Below, one piece after another: positions 13,439 through 23,541 of a stretch of 64,000 nt of DNA. Every line of letters begins with the position of its first letter. Position 1 is the first letter of the stretch. This stretch comes from an uncultured delta proteobacterium (lineage in GTDB: Bacteria > Myxococcota > Myxococcia > Myxococcales > Myxococcaceae). A model generated the notes under the pieces. It was not told where the DNA came from. It worked only from the letters and a program-made list of their open reading frames with translations, and made no database searches. The stretch covers positions 217,562 through 281,561 of the forward strand of contig CAVYSY010000001.1 in the NCBI GenBank assembly GCA_963771175.1, written 5' to 3'. A program made the position numbers and the translations under genes.

Positions 13439-14028
13439 GAGTGACGCTGTTCGACTACGGGGCGGGCAACCTGCACTCACTGGCCAAGGCACTGGCCACG
13501 GTGCCGGACGTCGAGGTGCGCGTGCAGGAGGATCCGATTCGGGCTCTCGACACGGACTTGCTGGTGCTGCCGGGCGTGGGGGCCTTCGGCGCGGCGGCGG
13601 CGCGGCTGGAGCCGGGGCGCGAGAAGATGCGGCGCGCGCTGGAGGACGGCCTGCCGTGCCTGGGCATCTGCCTGGGCATGCAGCTCATGTTCGACACGAG
13701 CGACGAGGGCGGAGGCTGGGGCCTGGGCGTCTTCCGCGGCCAGGTGACGAAGCTGCGCTCCCAGCGCGTGCCCCACATCGGGTGGAACTCGGTGGAGGAG
13801 GACACCGCTCTGAAGAGCGCGAAGCTGGGCACCGTCTACTACGCGCACAGCTACGTCTGCCGCGCCGAGGAGCTCAACGTCGTGGTGGGCTGGACCACGC
13901 ACGAGGAGGACCGGTTCCCCGCGGCGGTGCGGCGCGGGAACGTGCTCGGGGTGCAGTTCCACCCGGAGAAGAGCTCGGCGGCCGGCGTGCGCTTCGTGCA
14001 GGCCTTCCTCGAGGAGGTGCGCAAGTGA
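13435..14028 (+). CDS. hisH: Imidazole glycerol phosphate synthase, glutaminase subunit
   Basis: DYGAGNL, LPGVGAF, GICLGMQ, PHIGWN, QFHPEKS. Confidence 0.96.
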   Translation: MRVTLFDYGAGNLHSLAKALATVPDVEVRVQEDPIRALDTDLLVLPGVGAFGAAAARLEPGREKMRRALEDGLPCLGICLGMQLMFDTSDEGGGWGLGVFRGQVTKLRSQRVPHIGWNSVEEDTALKSAKLGTVYYAHSYVCRAEELNVVVGWTTHEEDRFPAAVRRGNVLGVQFHPEKSSAAGVRFVQAFLEEVRK

Positions 14029-14738
14029 TCGCCATTCCGGCAATCGACCTTCGGGAGGGCGCCTGCGTGCAGCTCGTGGGCGGCTCGTACGCCGACGAGC
14101 GGGTGCGGGTGAAGGACCCCATGGACGCACTCAAGCGCTGGCGCGCCCACGGCTTCAAGAGCTTCCACGTGGTGGACCTGGACGCCGCGCTGGGCAAGGG
14201 CTCCAACGAGGGCCCCATCGGCAAGCTGTTGAGCCATGAGCCGGGGCTCAGCTTCTCGGTGGGCGGTGGCGTGCGGAGCACGGCGAAGGTGGAGGCGGTG
14301 CTCGCACTGGGTGCCGCCTACGTGGTGGTGGGCACGCGGGCCATCGAGGACGGGGTGTGGCTGCGCGAGGTGGCCGAGCGCTTCCCAGGCCGCGTGGTGG
14401 TGGCCGCGGACGTGAAGGGTCGCGAGGTGGTGACGCGCGGCTGGACGGCGGGCAGCGCCCGGGACATCGGCGACGTGCTCAAGTCGCTGGAGCCGCTGCC
14501 CCTGGGGGGCCTGCTGGTGACGGCGGTCCACAAGGAGGGACAGATGGAGGGCGTGGACCTGCCGCTGATGGAGGAGGTGGCCCGGACGAGCCGCCACCCT
14601 CTGTACGCCTCGGGTGGAGTGACGACGGTGGAGGATCTGCGGGCCCTCGGGCGCGTGGGCGCCTTCGGGGCCGTCATTGGCATGGCGCTGTACACGGGCA
14701 CGCTGGACGCGGCCGCGGTGGCGAGGGAGTTCGCATGA
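14025..14738 (+). CDS. hisA: ProFAR isomerase
   Basis: IPAIDLREGACVQL, HVVDLDAA, VGGGVR, ASGGV. Confidence 0.95.
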   Translation: MIAIPAIDLREGACVQLVGGSYADERVRVKDPMDALKRWRAHGFKSFHVVDLDAALGKGSNEGPIGKLLSHEPGLSFSVGGGVRSTAKVEAVLALGAAYVVVGTRAIEDGVWLREVAERFPGRVVVAADVKGREVVTRGWTAGSARDIGDVLKSLEPLPLGGLLVTAVHKEGQMEGVDLPLMEEVARTSRHPLYASGGVTTVEDLRALGRVGAFGAVIGMALYTGTLDAAAVAREFA

Positions 14739-15272
14739 CGACCATCGTTCGGGAGACGAAGGAGACGAAGGTCACGGTCGAGATTGCCCTGGGCAAGGGC
14801 GTGGCCAAGGTGGACACGGGCCTGCCCTTCTTCGACCACATGCTGTCCACCTTCGCGCGTTACGCGGGGTTGGACCTGACGCTGCACGCGCGCGGCGACT
14901 TGCGGCACCACCTCATGGAGGACGTGGCCATTACCCTGGGCACGGCGGTGCAGAAGGTGATTCCCGCCACCGCGGCCCGCTACGGCGAGCGCACCATCCC
15001 CATGGACGACGCGCTGGTGCAGGCCTGCATCGACGTGGCCGGGCGCTTCTATTACCGGGGGCCGCTGCGCAACAAGCTCTACGAGCACGTCATGCGCTCG
15101 TTCTGCGAGCACGCGAAGGTGACGCTGCATCTGCGCATCCTCCGCGGCAAGGACAGCCACCACGTGACGGAGGCGGCCTTCAAGGCGCTCGGCATGGCGC
15201 TGCGCGACGCGATGGTGGACTCGGGAGTGGTGTTCAGCACGAAGGGCGCGGTCGCCCTGGAGGTGAAGTGGA
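14735..15272 (+). CDS. hisB: Imidazoleglycerol-phosphate dehydratase (stop codon apparently lost to an indel near 15270)
   Basis: RETKET, TGLPFFDHML, HHLMED, PMDDAL, HHVTEAAFKA, STKG. Confidence 0.92.
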
Positions 15273-16031
15273 ATGCTCACGCGGCGACTGATTGTGTGCT
15301 TGGACGTGAAGGGCGGGCGCGTGGTGAAGGGCGTCCAGTTCGAAGGACTGCGCGACGTGGGCGATCCCGTGGAGCTGGCCATGCGCTACGAGGAGGCGGG
15401 CGCCGACGAGGTGACCTTCCTCGACATCTCCGCGAGCAACGAGGAGCGCGGCACCCTGTGGGACCTGGTGCAGCGCACGGCGGAGCGGCTGTTCATCCCG
15501 CTGACGGTGGGCGGCGGCGTGCGCACGGTGGACGACGTGGGCCGGGCGCTGCGGGCGGGCGCGGACAAGGTGAGCATCAACTCGGCGGCCGTGGCCCGGC
15601 CCGAGGTGCTCACCGAGTGCGCCGAGCGCTTCGGCGCCCAGTGCGTGGTGGCGAGCATCGACGCCAAGAGGGACGGCGACCAGTGGCGCGTGTACACCCA
15701 CGGCGGCAAGCGGGCCACGGAACTGGACGCGGTGGCCTGGGCGCGCGAGTGCGTGAAACGTGGAGCAGGTGAAATCCTCCTCACGAGCATTGACCGGGAC
15801 GGAGCCCGTTCGGGGTATGACCTGGAGCTGACGCGGACAATCGCCGAGGGGGTGGCTGTCCCAGTCATCGCCTCGGGGGGCGCGGGCAACGCGGAGCACG
15901 TTCGGGCCGCGCTGAAGGAAGGTCAGGCGGACGCGGCGCTGGTGGCGGGCATCCTCCACGACGGCGTCACCACTGTTGGAGCGATCAAGACGCTGCTCCA
16001 GGAGAGCGGCCTCAAGGTCAGGAGCCTCTGA
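15273..16031 (+). CDS. hisF: Imidazole glycerol phosphate synthase, cyclase subunit
   Basis: CLDVKGGRVVKG, GADEVTFLDI, GAGEILLTSIDRDG. Confidence 0.97.
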   Translation: MLTRRLIVCLDVKGGRVVKGVQFEGLRDVGDPVELAMRYEEAGADEVTFLDISASNEERGTLWDLVQRTAERLFIPLTVGGGVRTVDDVGRALRAGADKVSINSAAVARPEVLTECAERFGAQCVVASIDAKRDGDQWRVYTHGGKRATELDAVAWARECVKRGAGEILLTSIDRDGARSGYDLELTRTIAEGVAVPVIASGGAGNAEHVRAALKEGQADAALVAGILHDGVTTVGAIKTLLQESGLKVRSL

Positions 16032-16807
16032 ATGGACGCGCAGTCGGCGATGCAGGCGGTGGAGCAGGTGGCGCGCAGGTCCGGAGACGTGGCGCTCGGC
16101 TTCTTCCGGAAGGGCATCCAGGTGCACACCAAGGGGGACGGGACGCCGGTGACGGTGGCGGACCAGACCGCCGAGAGGACGGCGCGCGAGTGGATTGAGT
16201 CCCACTTCCCCGAGGACGGCATCCTCGGGGAGGAGTTCGGCGAGACGCGGCCTGGAGCGAAGCGCCGGTGGATTCTGGACCCGATTGACGGCACGAAGTC
16301 GTTCATCCGCGGCGTGCCGCTGTGGGGCACGCTGGTGGCGCTGGCGGAGGGGAGCGCATCCTCGCGGGCGCGGCGTACTTCCCGCCGGTGGGGGACATGC
16401 TGGTGGCGGCGCCGGGGCAGGGGTGCTGGTGGAACGGGAAGCGGACGCGGGTGTCGGAGGAGGCGGACCTGTCCAGGGCGACGGTGCTGGCCACGGACGA
16501 GCGCTTCCGGGTGTACCCGGAGCGCGGGGCGAAGTGGCGAGCGCTGACGGCGAAGGCGCTCATCTCGCGGACGTGGGGAGACTGCTACGGCTACCTGATG
16601 CTGGCCACGGGGCGGGCGGAGGTGATGATCGACGAGGAGCTGTCGCCCTGGGACGCGGCGGCGCTGCAGCCCATCATCGAGGAAGCGGGTGGAGTGTTCA
16701 CGGACTGGACGGGGACGAGGACCTCGTTCGGCGGCAACGCGATCGCGACGAATGCCGCGCTCGCGGACCAGGTGCGCGAGCTGCTGGGCGCGACGAAGAG
16801 GGCATGA
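16032..16807 (+). CDS. hisN: Histidinol-phosphatase, inositol monophosphatase family (indel near 16350)
   Basis: PVTVAD, GEEFG, WILDPIDGTKSF, WDAAAL; located inside the his operon. Confidence 0.85.
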
Positions 16808-17428
16808 TGCTGGACCTGTCGAAGCTGGACTTTGCCAAGGGCAACGGGATGGTGACGGTGGTGACGCAGGACGCGCACACCGGTGACCTGTTGATGGTGG
16901 CGCACGCGGATCGCGAGGCGTTGGAGAAGACGCTGGAGACGGGCGAGAATGTACTACCGCTCGCGCACGCGCGGGCTGTGGCACAAGGGCGGGACGAGCG
17001 GGAACGTGCAGCGGGTGGTGTCGCTGACGGCGGACTGCGATGGAGACGCGGTGCTGGCGCGGGTGGAGAAGGCGGGCCCGGCGTGTCACACCGGGGCGGA
17101 GACCTGCTTCGACATCGGTCCGGTGGACGCGCTCGTCGAGCTGGACCGGACCATCACCCAGCGGGCGGCGAAGGCACCGGAGGCGGGGGAGAAGCCGAGC
17201 TACACGCGGCGGCTGCTGGACGACCGGAACCTGCGGCTGAAGAAGATCGGCGAGGAGGCGGTGGAGCTGGTGACGGCGTGCGCGGACGGGGACAAGGAGC
17301 GCGCGGTGGAGGAGGCGGCGGACGTGCTCTACCACCTGCTCGTGGCGGTGCGCCCGCTGGGCGTGACGCTGGACGACGTGAAGGCGGTGCTCGCGCGCCG
17401 TGCTGGAAAGACCGTCTCCCTCCGATGA
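16804..17428 (+). CDS. hisIE: Bifunctional PR-AMP cyclohydrolase / PR-ATP pyrophosphatase (indel near 16948)
   Basis: [40 protein letters not shown]. Confidence 0.94.
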
Positions 17429-18591
17429 AGAGCCTCGGGAAGCGCGGGGTTCTGGCGCGTGTGGCCCGGTGGACGGGACTGCTGGTGGCAATCGCAGGGG
17501 TCGCCATTGCCGCCGACGCGTGGACCGCGCTGGGCCGGCGTGCCGACGGAGCGCGACGCGTGCGCATGGAGCGCTCGCCGCAGTGGCAGGACGGGCACTT
17601 CGAGAACCCGCAGCCGCTCTTCAACGACTGGCGGGGCTCGCTGATGGCCATGTTCAAGGCGAGCCCCGACGTGGGCCCCGCCGAGCCGCTGCCCACGGTG
17701 CCGGGCGACCGTCGCGGGTTCGAGACGCCGCCGAGCACGGGACTGCGCGTCACCTGGCTCGGGCACTCCTCGGTGCTGATCGAAATCGACGGACACCGTG
17801 TCCTCACCGACCCCATCTGGAGTGAGCGTGCCTCGCCGCTGAGCTGGGTGGGCCCGAAGCGCTGGTATGCCCCGCCGATTCCGCTCGCGGAGCTGCCGCC
17901 CATCGACGCGGTCGTCATCTCGCACGACCACTACGACCACCTCGATTACCCCACCGTCTCGGCGATGAAGGACTGGGACACCACCTTCGTGGTGCCGCTC
18001 GGCGTGGGCGCGCACCTGGCGTCGTGGGGCGTGCCCGAGACGCGCATCGTCGAGCTCGACTGGTGGGAGCGCACGCGGGTGCGCGGGCTCGAGATCGTCG
18101 GCACGCCCGCGCGCCACGCGTCGGGACGGACCGGCCTCGACAAGGACGCGACCCTGTGGGCGGGCTTCGCGCTCCTCGGCCCCCAGCACCGCGCGTATTA
18201 CTCGGGGGACACGGGGCTGTTCCCCGCGATGAAGGACATCGGCGCGCGCCTCGGGCCCTTCGACGTGACGATGATCGAGGTGGGCCAGTACCACAGCGCG
18301 TGGCCCGACTGGCACATCGGGCCCGAGCAGGCCGTCCTCGCCCACCGGATGGTTCAGGGCCGCGTCCTGCTGCCCGTGCACTGGGGGCTCTTCACCCTCG
18401 CCGTCCACGGCTGGACCGAGCCCATCGAGCGCGTGCTCGCCGCGGCCGAACAGGCCGGCGATACCGTCGTCGTCCCCAAGCCCGGACAGAGCATCGAGCC
18501 CGCGGCACCGCCCGCGCGCGAGCGCTGGTGGCCGAACCTGCCCTGGGAGACCGCGGCGCAGCATCCCATCGTCTCCACCCAGTTGAACTGA
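17425..18591 (+). CDS. MBL-fold metallohydrolase (NAPE-PLD/RomA-like) with N-terminal membrane anchor
   Basis: [33 protein letters not shown]. Confidence 0.9.
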   Translation: MKSLGKRGVLARVARWTGLLVAIAGVAIAADAWTALGRRADGARRVRMERSPQWQDGHFENPQPLFNDWRGSLMAMFKASPDVGPAEPLPTVPGDRRGFETPPSTGLRVTWLGHSSVLIEIDGHRVLTDPIWSERASPLSWVGPKRWYAPPIPLAELPPIDAVVISHDHYDHLDYPTVSAMKDWDTTFVVPLGVGAHLASWGVPETRIVELDWWERTRVRGLEIVGTPARHASGRTGLDKDATLWAGFALLGPQHRAYYSGDTGLFPAMKDIGARLGPFDVTMIEVGQYHSAWPDWHIGPEQAVLAHRMVQGRVLLPVHWGLFTLAVHGWTEPIERVLAAAEQAGDTVVVPKPGQSIEPAAPPARERWWPNLPWETAAQHPIVSTQLN

Positions 18592-18687
18592 AGCGCGCCA
18601 GGGCTCGAACCGGGGATGACCTGACGCGTGTCCGTGGCGTGGGATAGCATCCGGACGCCTCTTCATCATCCCTGGGGGGATCTCCAC

Positions 18688-19884
18688 ATGACTGTCCGGT
18701 TGAACCTCTTCGCGCCCGAGTTCCGCGCCAACCCCTATCCGTTCTTCGCCGAGCTGCGGCGCCAGCCCACGCTCGCCCAGGTGGACCTGCTCGGCTTCTG
18801 GGCCGTCTCCCGCTACGCCGACGTCCTGCACGTCTTGAAGAATCCCCAGCTCTTTTCCTCCACCGGCCATCGCGCGCCCTCGGAGCCCGAATGGCTGGGG
18901 CGCGGCAACCCGATCGCGGACTCCATCGTCATGATGGATCCGCCCAAGCACACCCGCCTCCGGGCGCTCGTCAACCGCGCCTTCGGCTCCACCGCCTTGA
19001 GCCGGATGGAGCCGCGCATCCGCGCCTACGCCGAGCAGGCCGCCGCCGAGCTGCCTCTCGGCCGCCCCGTGGACTTCGTCGAGTCCTTCGCCCTGCGCGT
19101 GCCTGCCTCCGTCATTGGCGAGCTGCTCGGCCTGGACGCCTCACATCACATGCGCTTCAAGCGCTGGACGGACGACATCAACAACACCACCGCCACGCCC
19201 CCGGATGCCCATGAGTGGCACGCCCAGATTCGGGGCACCTACGCGGAGATGGAGCAGTACCTGAAGGAGGTCATCGCGGACCGCCGCCGCTCCCCCCGCG
19301 AGGACATGGTGAGTGAGCTGATCGCCGCCCGAATCGAAGGCGAATCCCTCACGGATGCGGAGTTGATGGGCTTCCTCTTCCTGCTGCTCGTCGCCGGCCT
19401 GGAGACCACCATCCACCTGCTGGGCCACTCCGCCCTGGTACTCGCCGAGCGCCCGGACGTGTTCGCCCGCCTGCGCGCGAACCGCTCGCTGATTCCCCTC
19501 TTCATCGAGGAGGTGCTGCGCTACGAGCCCGTCGCCCAGACGCTGCTGCGGCTCACCACCGCCGAGACGGAGCTTGGCGGCGTCCGCCTGCCGGCCGGCT
19601 CGCACGTGATGCTGTTGCTGGGTTCCGCCTGCCGCGACGAGGCGCAGTTCCCCAACAGCGAGCGCTTCGACCTCGACCGCGAGGGCCAGCAGAACATGCC
19701 CTTCGGCCACGGCATCCACTTCTGCCTCGGTGCCCCCCTGGCCCGCCTGGAGGCGCGGCTCGCCCTGGATGCGCTGCTCGACCGGTGCGGCGGGCTGGTT
19801 CGCGACGCCGCGCCCGTGCAGTGGCACCCCTCGATTGTCGTTCGCGGGCCCACGGTGCTGCCGCTCACCGTGCTGCCGGGTTGA
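18688..19884 (+). CDS. Cytochrome P450
   Basis: DPPKHTRLR, AGLETT, EEVLRY, FGHGIHFCLG. Confidence 0.96.
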   Translation: MTVRLNLFAPEFRANPYPFFAELRRQPTLAQVDLLGFWAVSRYADVLHVLKNPQLFSSTGHRAPSEPEWLGRGNPIADSIVMMDPPKHTRLRALVNRAFGSTALSRMEPRIRAYAEQAAAELPLGRPVDFVESFALRVPASVIGELLGLDASHHMRFKRWTDDINNTTATPPDAHEWHAQIRGTYAEMEQYLKEVIADRRRSPREDMVSELIAARIEGESLTDAELMGFLFLLLVAGLETTIHLLGHSALVLAERPDVFARLRANRSLIPLFIEEVLRYEPVAQTLLRLTTAETELGGVRLPAGSHVMLLLGSACRDEAQFPNSERFDLDREGQQNMPFGHGIHFCLGAPLARLEARLALDALLDRCGGLVRDAAPVQWHPSIVVRGPTVLPLTVLPG

Positions 19885-19899
19885 GACACCTGGGGCGGC

Positions 19900-21795
19900 T
19901 CACCCGGCGAGCGCGAGCTCGATGCGGCCGAGGTTCTCGTCGGTGGAGGCCACGCGCACCCGCAGCGGCATGCCGATGGTGAAGGTGCGCGCCCGGCCCA
20001 CGAGGGACGTCTCCCTCGGGTCGGGCTGGTAGGGCCCGTCCGGCAGCGTGTCCGCCGGGAGGTAGCCCTCCACCAGCATGCCGTCGAGCTGGACGAGCAC
20101 GCCGAAGGGCTTCACCCGGGTGATGCGCCCCGTGAACTCCGCACCCACGTGTGCGGCCATCACCCGTGCCTCCAGCACGCGGTGGCGATCCTTCTCGGCG
20201 CGGTGGGCGGTGCGGGAGCGCTCGTTGACGTGGACCGCGAGCTCCTCGACGGCGGGGTCCTCATGGACGAAGTCGCGCCGGCCCCGCAGGTACTGCTTGA
20301 GGGCGCGGTGGACGGAGAGGTCCGCGTACCGCCGGATGGGGGAGGTGAAGTGGACGTAGGCTCGCGCCGCGAGGCCGAAGTGCATGGCCGGCACCACGGT
20401 GTAGCGCGAGGGGCCCAGCGAGCGTCGCAGCACCGAGCGCAGCGCGGGCTCGGAGGTGCAGCCGGCGATCTGCCGGTCGAACGCGGCGAGCGCGAGCGGG
20501 GTGAGCCTGCGGCCGAAGCCCGCGGCGAAGCCCGAGTGGTGCGCGAAGGCGGCCAGGTCGGCCACGCGCTGGGGATCCGGCTCGTCCTGGACGCGGAAGA
20601 GGGCGGGGACACCCCGATCGAGGAGCCATCCCGCGAGGGCCTCGTTGGCGGCCACCATGAAGCGCTCGATGAGGGCGTGCGCCGTGGTGGGCCGCACGGC
20701 CTCGATGCCGGAGACCTCTCCCGTCTCCTCGTCGAAGGTGAAGCGGGCCTCCTCGCGCGCCATCTCGATGCCACCGCGCCCGGCCCTCGCCACCGCCAGC
20801 CGGGCCGCCGCCGCGCGGAACCACGGCAGGGCTTCGCGCACTGTCGCCATCGGCTCGGACACCTCGCCCTTGTCGAGGTAGTCCGCCACCTCGGTGTAGC
20901 TCAGCTTCGCCCACGAGCGGATGAGGCTCTCGTACACGTCCATCGCGGTGACGTGCCCCTCCGGGTCGATGCGCAGCTCCACCGTGAGGCACAGCCGCTC
21001 CTCGCCGGGCACCAGGCTGAGCCAGTTCGTGGAGAGCTCCTCCGGGAGCATCGGCAGCATGGCTCCGGCGAGGTACACACTGCTCGTCCGCTCGCGCGCC
21101 ACACGGTCCAGCGCCGAGCCCTCGGGGACGAACTCCGCCGCATCGGCGATGGAGATGAACACGCGCAGCGCACCGTCCGCCCCCGCGGGCAGTACGGAGA
21201 CGGCGTCGTCGATGACGCGCGTCGAGGCAGAGTCCACGGTAACGGTGGGCACCTGGCGCAGGTCTCGCCGCGCCCCGAGCGCGTGGGGAATGGCGAGCAC
21301 GCGCCGCACCTCGGCCAGGGCCTCCGGGTCGAAGTCCCGGCGCAGCCCGTGACGCACGATGATGCGCTCCAGCGAGCGGTCCGCGCCCGGCTCGAGCTTG
21401 CGCAGGAGCCACGCCTTGCCGTCGGCGACGCGGGCCACCACCGCGTCACCCTGCTGCACGTCGACACCGGCCGTCTCCAGCGGCCAGTCGCCATTGCCCA
21501 GTTCGCGATCGATGCGCAGGTGCGGGGCTCCCTTGCGCGTCACCAGTTCGCCGTAGACCTCCTGGCGCGGACGCTTCAGGAGGGACAGCCCGCTCGCGCT
21601 CCAGCGTCCGTCAGCCGAGGCCGTCACGGTCGCGGAGACGACGTCATCGGCGAGGTAGGGGTTGAGCTCGGGCGGAGGGATGAACGCGGAGAGCACCTCG
21701 TCGGAGCCGGACGGGTGCACGATGAGGAAGCCGTAGCCGCGAGGGTGGACGTCGATGCGGCCGGTGACGGTGCGCGAAGGGGCGGGCGTTTCCAT
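19900..21795 (-). CDS. RNB-family (RNase II/R-like) exoribonuclease with S1 domain
   Basis: HPRGYGF, VDSASTRVIDDA, SVYL...PMLP, IERFMVAAN, HFTSPIRRYAD. Confidence 0.92.
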   Translation of the reverse strand: METPAPSRTVTGRIDVHPRGYGFLIVHPSGSDEVLSAFIPPPELNPYLADDVVSATVTASADGRWSASGLSLLKRPRQEVYGELVTRKGAPHLRIDRELGNGDWPLETAGVDVQQGDAVVARVADGKAWLLRKLEPGADRSLERIIVRHGLRRDFDPEALAEVRRVLAIPHALGARRDLRQVPTVTVDSASTRVIDDAVSVLPAGADGALRVFISIADAAEFVPEGSALDRVARERTSSVYLAGAMLPMLPEELSTNWLSLVPGEERLCLTVELRIDPEGHVTAMDVYESLIRSWAKLSYTEVADYLDKGEVSEPMATVREALPWFRAAAARLAVARAGRGGIEMAREEARFTFDEETGEVSGIEAVRPTTAHALIERFMVAANEALAGWLLDRGVPALFRVQDEPDPQRVADLAAFAHHSGFAAGFGRRLTPLALAAFDRQIAGCTSEPALRSVLRRSLGPSRYTVVPAMHFGLAARAYVHFTSPIRRYADLSVHRALKQYLRGRRDFVHEDPAVEELAVHVNERSRTAHRAEKDRHRVLEARVMAAHVGAEFTGRITRVKPFGVLVQLDGMLVEGYLPADTLPDGPYQPDPRETSLVGRARTFTIGMPLRVRVASTDENLGRIELALAG

Positions 21796-21858
21796 GGGGC
21801 GCAGACATGCTACCGCCTGACCTCGCGGCGCCGCCGGGCAATGTGACGCCGATGGCTT

Positions 21859-22605
21859 TCAGGGGATGCGGTAGGGGACGAGCTCCTTCCCCTGGCGCCG
21901 CAAGGTCCTCGGAAGGGTGGAGCGGACCTGGGCGGGGGCTCCCTGCTCCTGTCGCTCCACCCGGATGGCCTCATCCTCATGGATGACCGCCCACCGTGTA
22001 CCGGTGGAGTCTCGGACCTCGAATGCGTTCTCCGCGGGCTGCTCGGGTGGGCGTTCCTGGGGTGCCTCCTTGGGGGGGCTCCAGGTCCGGCCTCCGTTTC
22101 GAGTGACGAGCGCGCGGGGACGGGACTTCTCCTCGTTCGCGTCCACCAGCCACACCGTGCCGTTCTGGCCGTCCTTCCAGACGATGTATTCCGGCCACTC
22201 GGACCAGACGGCCTTGGGCAAGGTGCTCCGGCGCTTCCACGAGGCTCCACAGTCCGAACTCGCGTAGAGCGAGAGCTCTCCCGGTCCTTCCGTACTCCAG
22301 CCCACCAGGGCGCGCCCCTCGCAGCCCAGGAAGTCGAGGAACAGCACCTCGCTGTCGCTCACTCGCGGGAGCACCTCGGTCCAGTGGGCCCCGCCGTCGG
22401 TGCTGCGCAGCAGCAGGGCTCGCACCGGACGGGCCGAGGTGGAGAGTGCGCCGTACAGGTAGATGCCGGCCTCCGCACGGGTGGGGACCGAGAGCCCGGA
22501 GACTCGCAGGGTGGCGATGTCATCGGGCTCGATGTCCCCCGCGCGCAGCTTCACGGGCAACTCGGGGGAGGAGGCGAGCAGCGCGCAGAGGAACAGCGGG
22601 AGCAT
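21859..22605 (-). CDS. Secreted protein with Asp-box/BNR repeats
   Basis: Signal-like N-terminus; STDGGAHW, SSDCGASW, TRNGGRTW. Confidence 0.7.
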   Translation of the reverse strand: MLPLFLCALLASSPELPVKLRAGDIEPDDIATLRVSGLSVPTRAEAGIYLYGALSTSARPVRALLLRSTDGGAHWTEVLPRVSDSEVLFLDFLGCEGRALVGWSTEGPGELSLYASSDCGASWKRRSTLPKAVWSEWPEYIVWKDGQNGTVWLVDANEEKSRPRALVTRNGGRTWSPPKEAPQERPPEQPAENAFEVRDSTGTRWAVIHEDEAIRVERQEQGAPAQVRSTLPRTLRRQGKELVPYRIP

Positions 22606-22629
22606 CGGGGGGTCCTCGAGTGGGGAAGA

Positions 22630-22664
22630 CCCTCAGCCTATCCCCATCCCATGGGAGAGGGGAC
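22630..22664. repeat. REP-like palindrome (CCCTC...CCC/GGGAGAGGG family)
   Basis: CCCTCAGCCTATCCCCATCCCATGGGAGAGGGGAC, intergenic; related copy at 32101. Confidence 0.55.
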
Positions 22665-22672
22665 ACCCACGT

Positions 22673-23482
22673 TCACGGCTTCGAGCTGCCCCGTTCGAAC
22701 AGCGACACCAGATCCGCCTGCACGCCCACGAGCGCGAAGCCGAAGTTGCCCCAGTTGTAGATGTCCCGGCTCTTCACGTCCGCGCCACCCCCGAGCAGCC
22801 GCAGCCGCGCGTACGCGCTCACGTCTCCCTTCGAGTTCAGCGGAACGCCCAGCGTCAGTGCCACGTCGTAGATGCCGCCCGACGTGTTGCCGAGCAGCCC
22901 GAAGGTGGACAGCGCGTCGGCTTCGAGCCCCGCCCACACGCGCGAGGGCAGCTCGTAGCGCAGCCGCGTCTTCAGCGCCCCCACCACGCCGATGTCGCTC
23001 TCCTTCGCGTAGCGCGAACCGTCCACCGCGCTCAGGTCCACCAGCGCGTTGCGGATCTGCACGCTCGCGCCGATATCCCAGGTGAAGCGCTCGCCGTCGA
23101 TGAGCCGGTAGAGGTAGCTGGCCCGGTAGCCCTCGAACAGATAGCGGCTGTCCACCACCGTGCCCGTCGGGAACACCGTCCCCCGGAAGTCGATGTCCTT
23201 CGACAGCGTCGCGCGCGTGGTGATGTCGAAGGGGGCCCACAGCAGGATGATGCCGTGGCGCTCTCCCAGCCGCGCCTCGAGCGCGATGCGCTGGGTCCGG
23301 TACAGGTTGCTCTTCTGGTTGAGGTCGTCGGCCTCGAAGTCCGTGCCGGTCGGGCCGTAGCGCCCGTCGTTCTGGAAGATGTAGCCAGGGCCCGTCTCAT
23401 ACTCGGCGACGAGCGCGGACAGAGGGCTTTCGGCCAGGGCCGGAGTGGCCACCAGGGTCAGTGCGAGCAGAGGGATTTTCAC
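22673..23482 (-). CDS. Putative outer-membrane beta-barrel protein
   Basis: Signal peptide (VKIPLLALTLVATPALA) and alternating aromatic/hydrophobic strands. Confidence 0.6.
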   Translation of the reverse strand: MKIPLLALTLVATPALAESPLSALVAEYETGPGYIFQNDGRYGPTGTDFEADDLNQKSNLYRTQRIALEARLGERHGIILLWAPFDITTRATLSKDIDFRGTVFPTGTVVDSRYLFEGYRASYLYRLIDGERFTWDIGASVQIRNALVDLSAVDGSRYAKESDIGVVGALKTRLRYELPSRVWAGLEADALSTFGLLGNTSGGIYDVALTLGVPLNSKGDVSAYARLRLLGGGADVKSRDIYNWGNFGFALVGVQADLVSLFERGSSKP

Positions 23483-23541
23483 GGCCCCGCTTGGATGCGG
23501 ATCCGCATCCAGCGTTGCGCGAAAATCCCCGGGTCTTCCGC

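Noticed and set aside
12400..18591. Apparent fusion ORFs hisC-hisH (12400..14028), hisB read-through (14357..15772) and hisI-MBL (16195..18591)
   Set aside because: Artefacts of indels and stop-poor GC-rich frames; each gene has its own overlapping start.
18688..19884. P450 as a tailoring enzyme of the NRPS-PKS cluster
   Set aside because: It is 20 kb away, separated by housekeeping genes, with no linking evidence.
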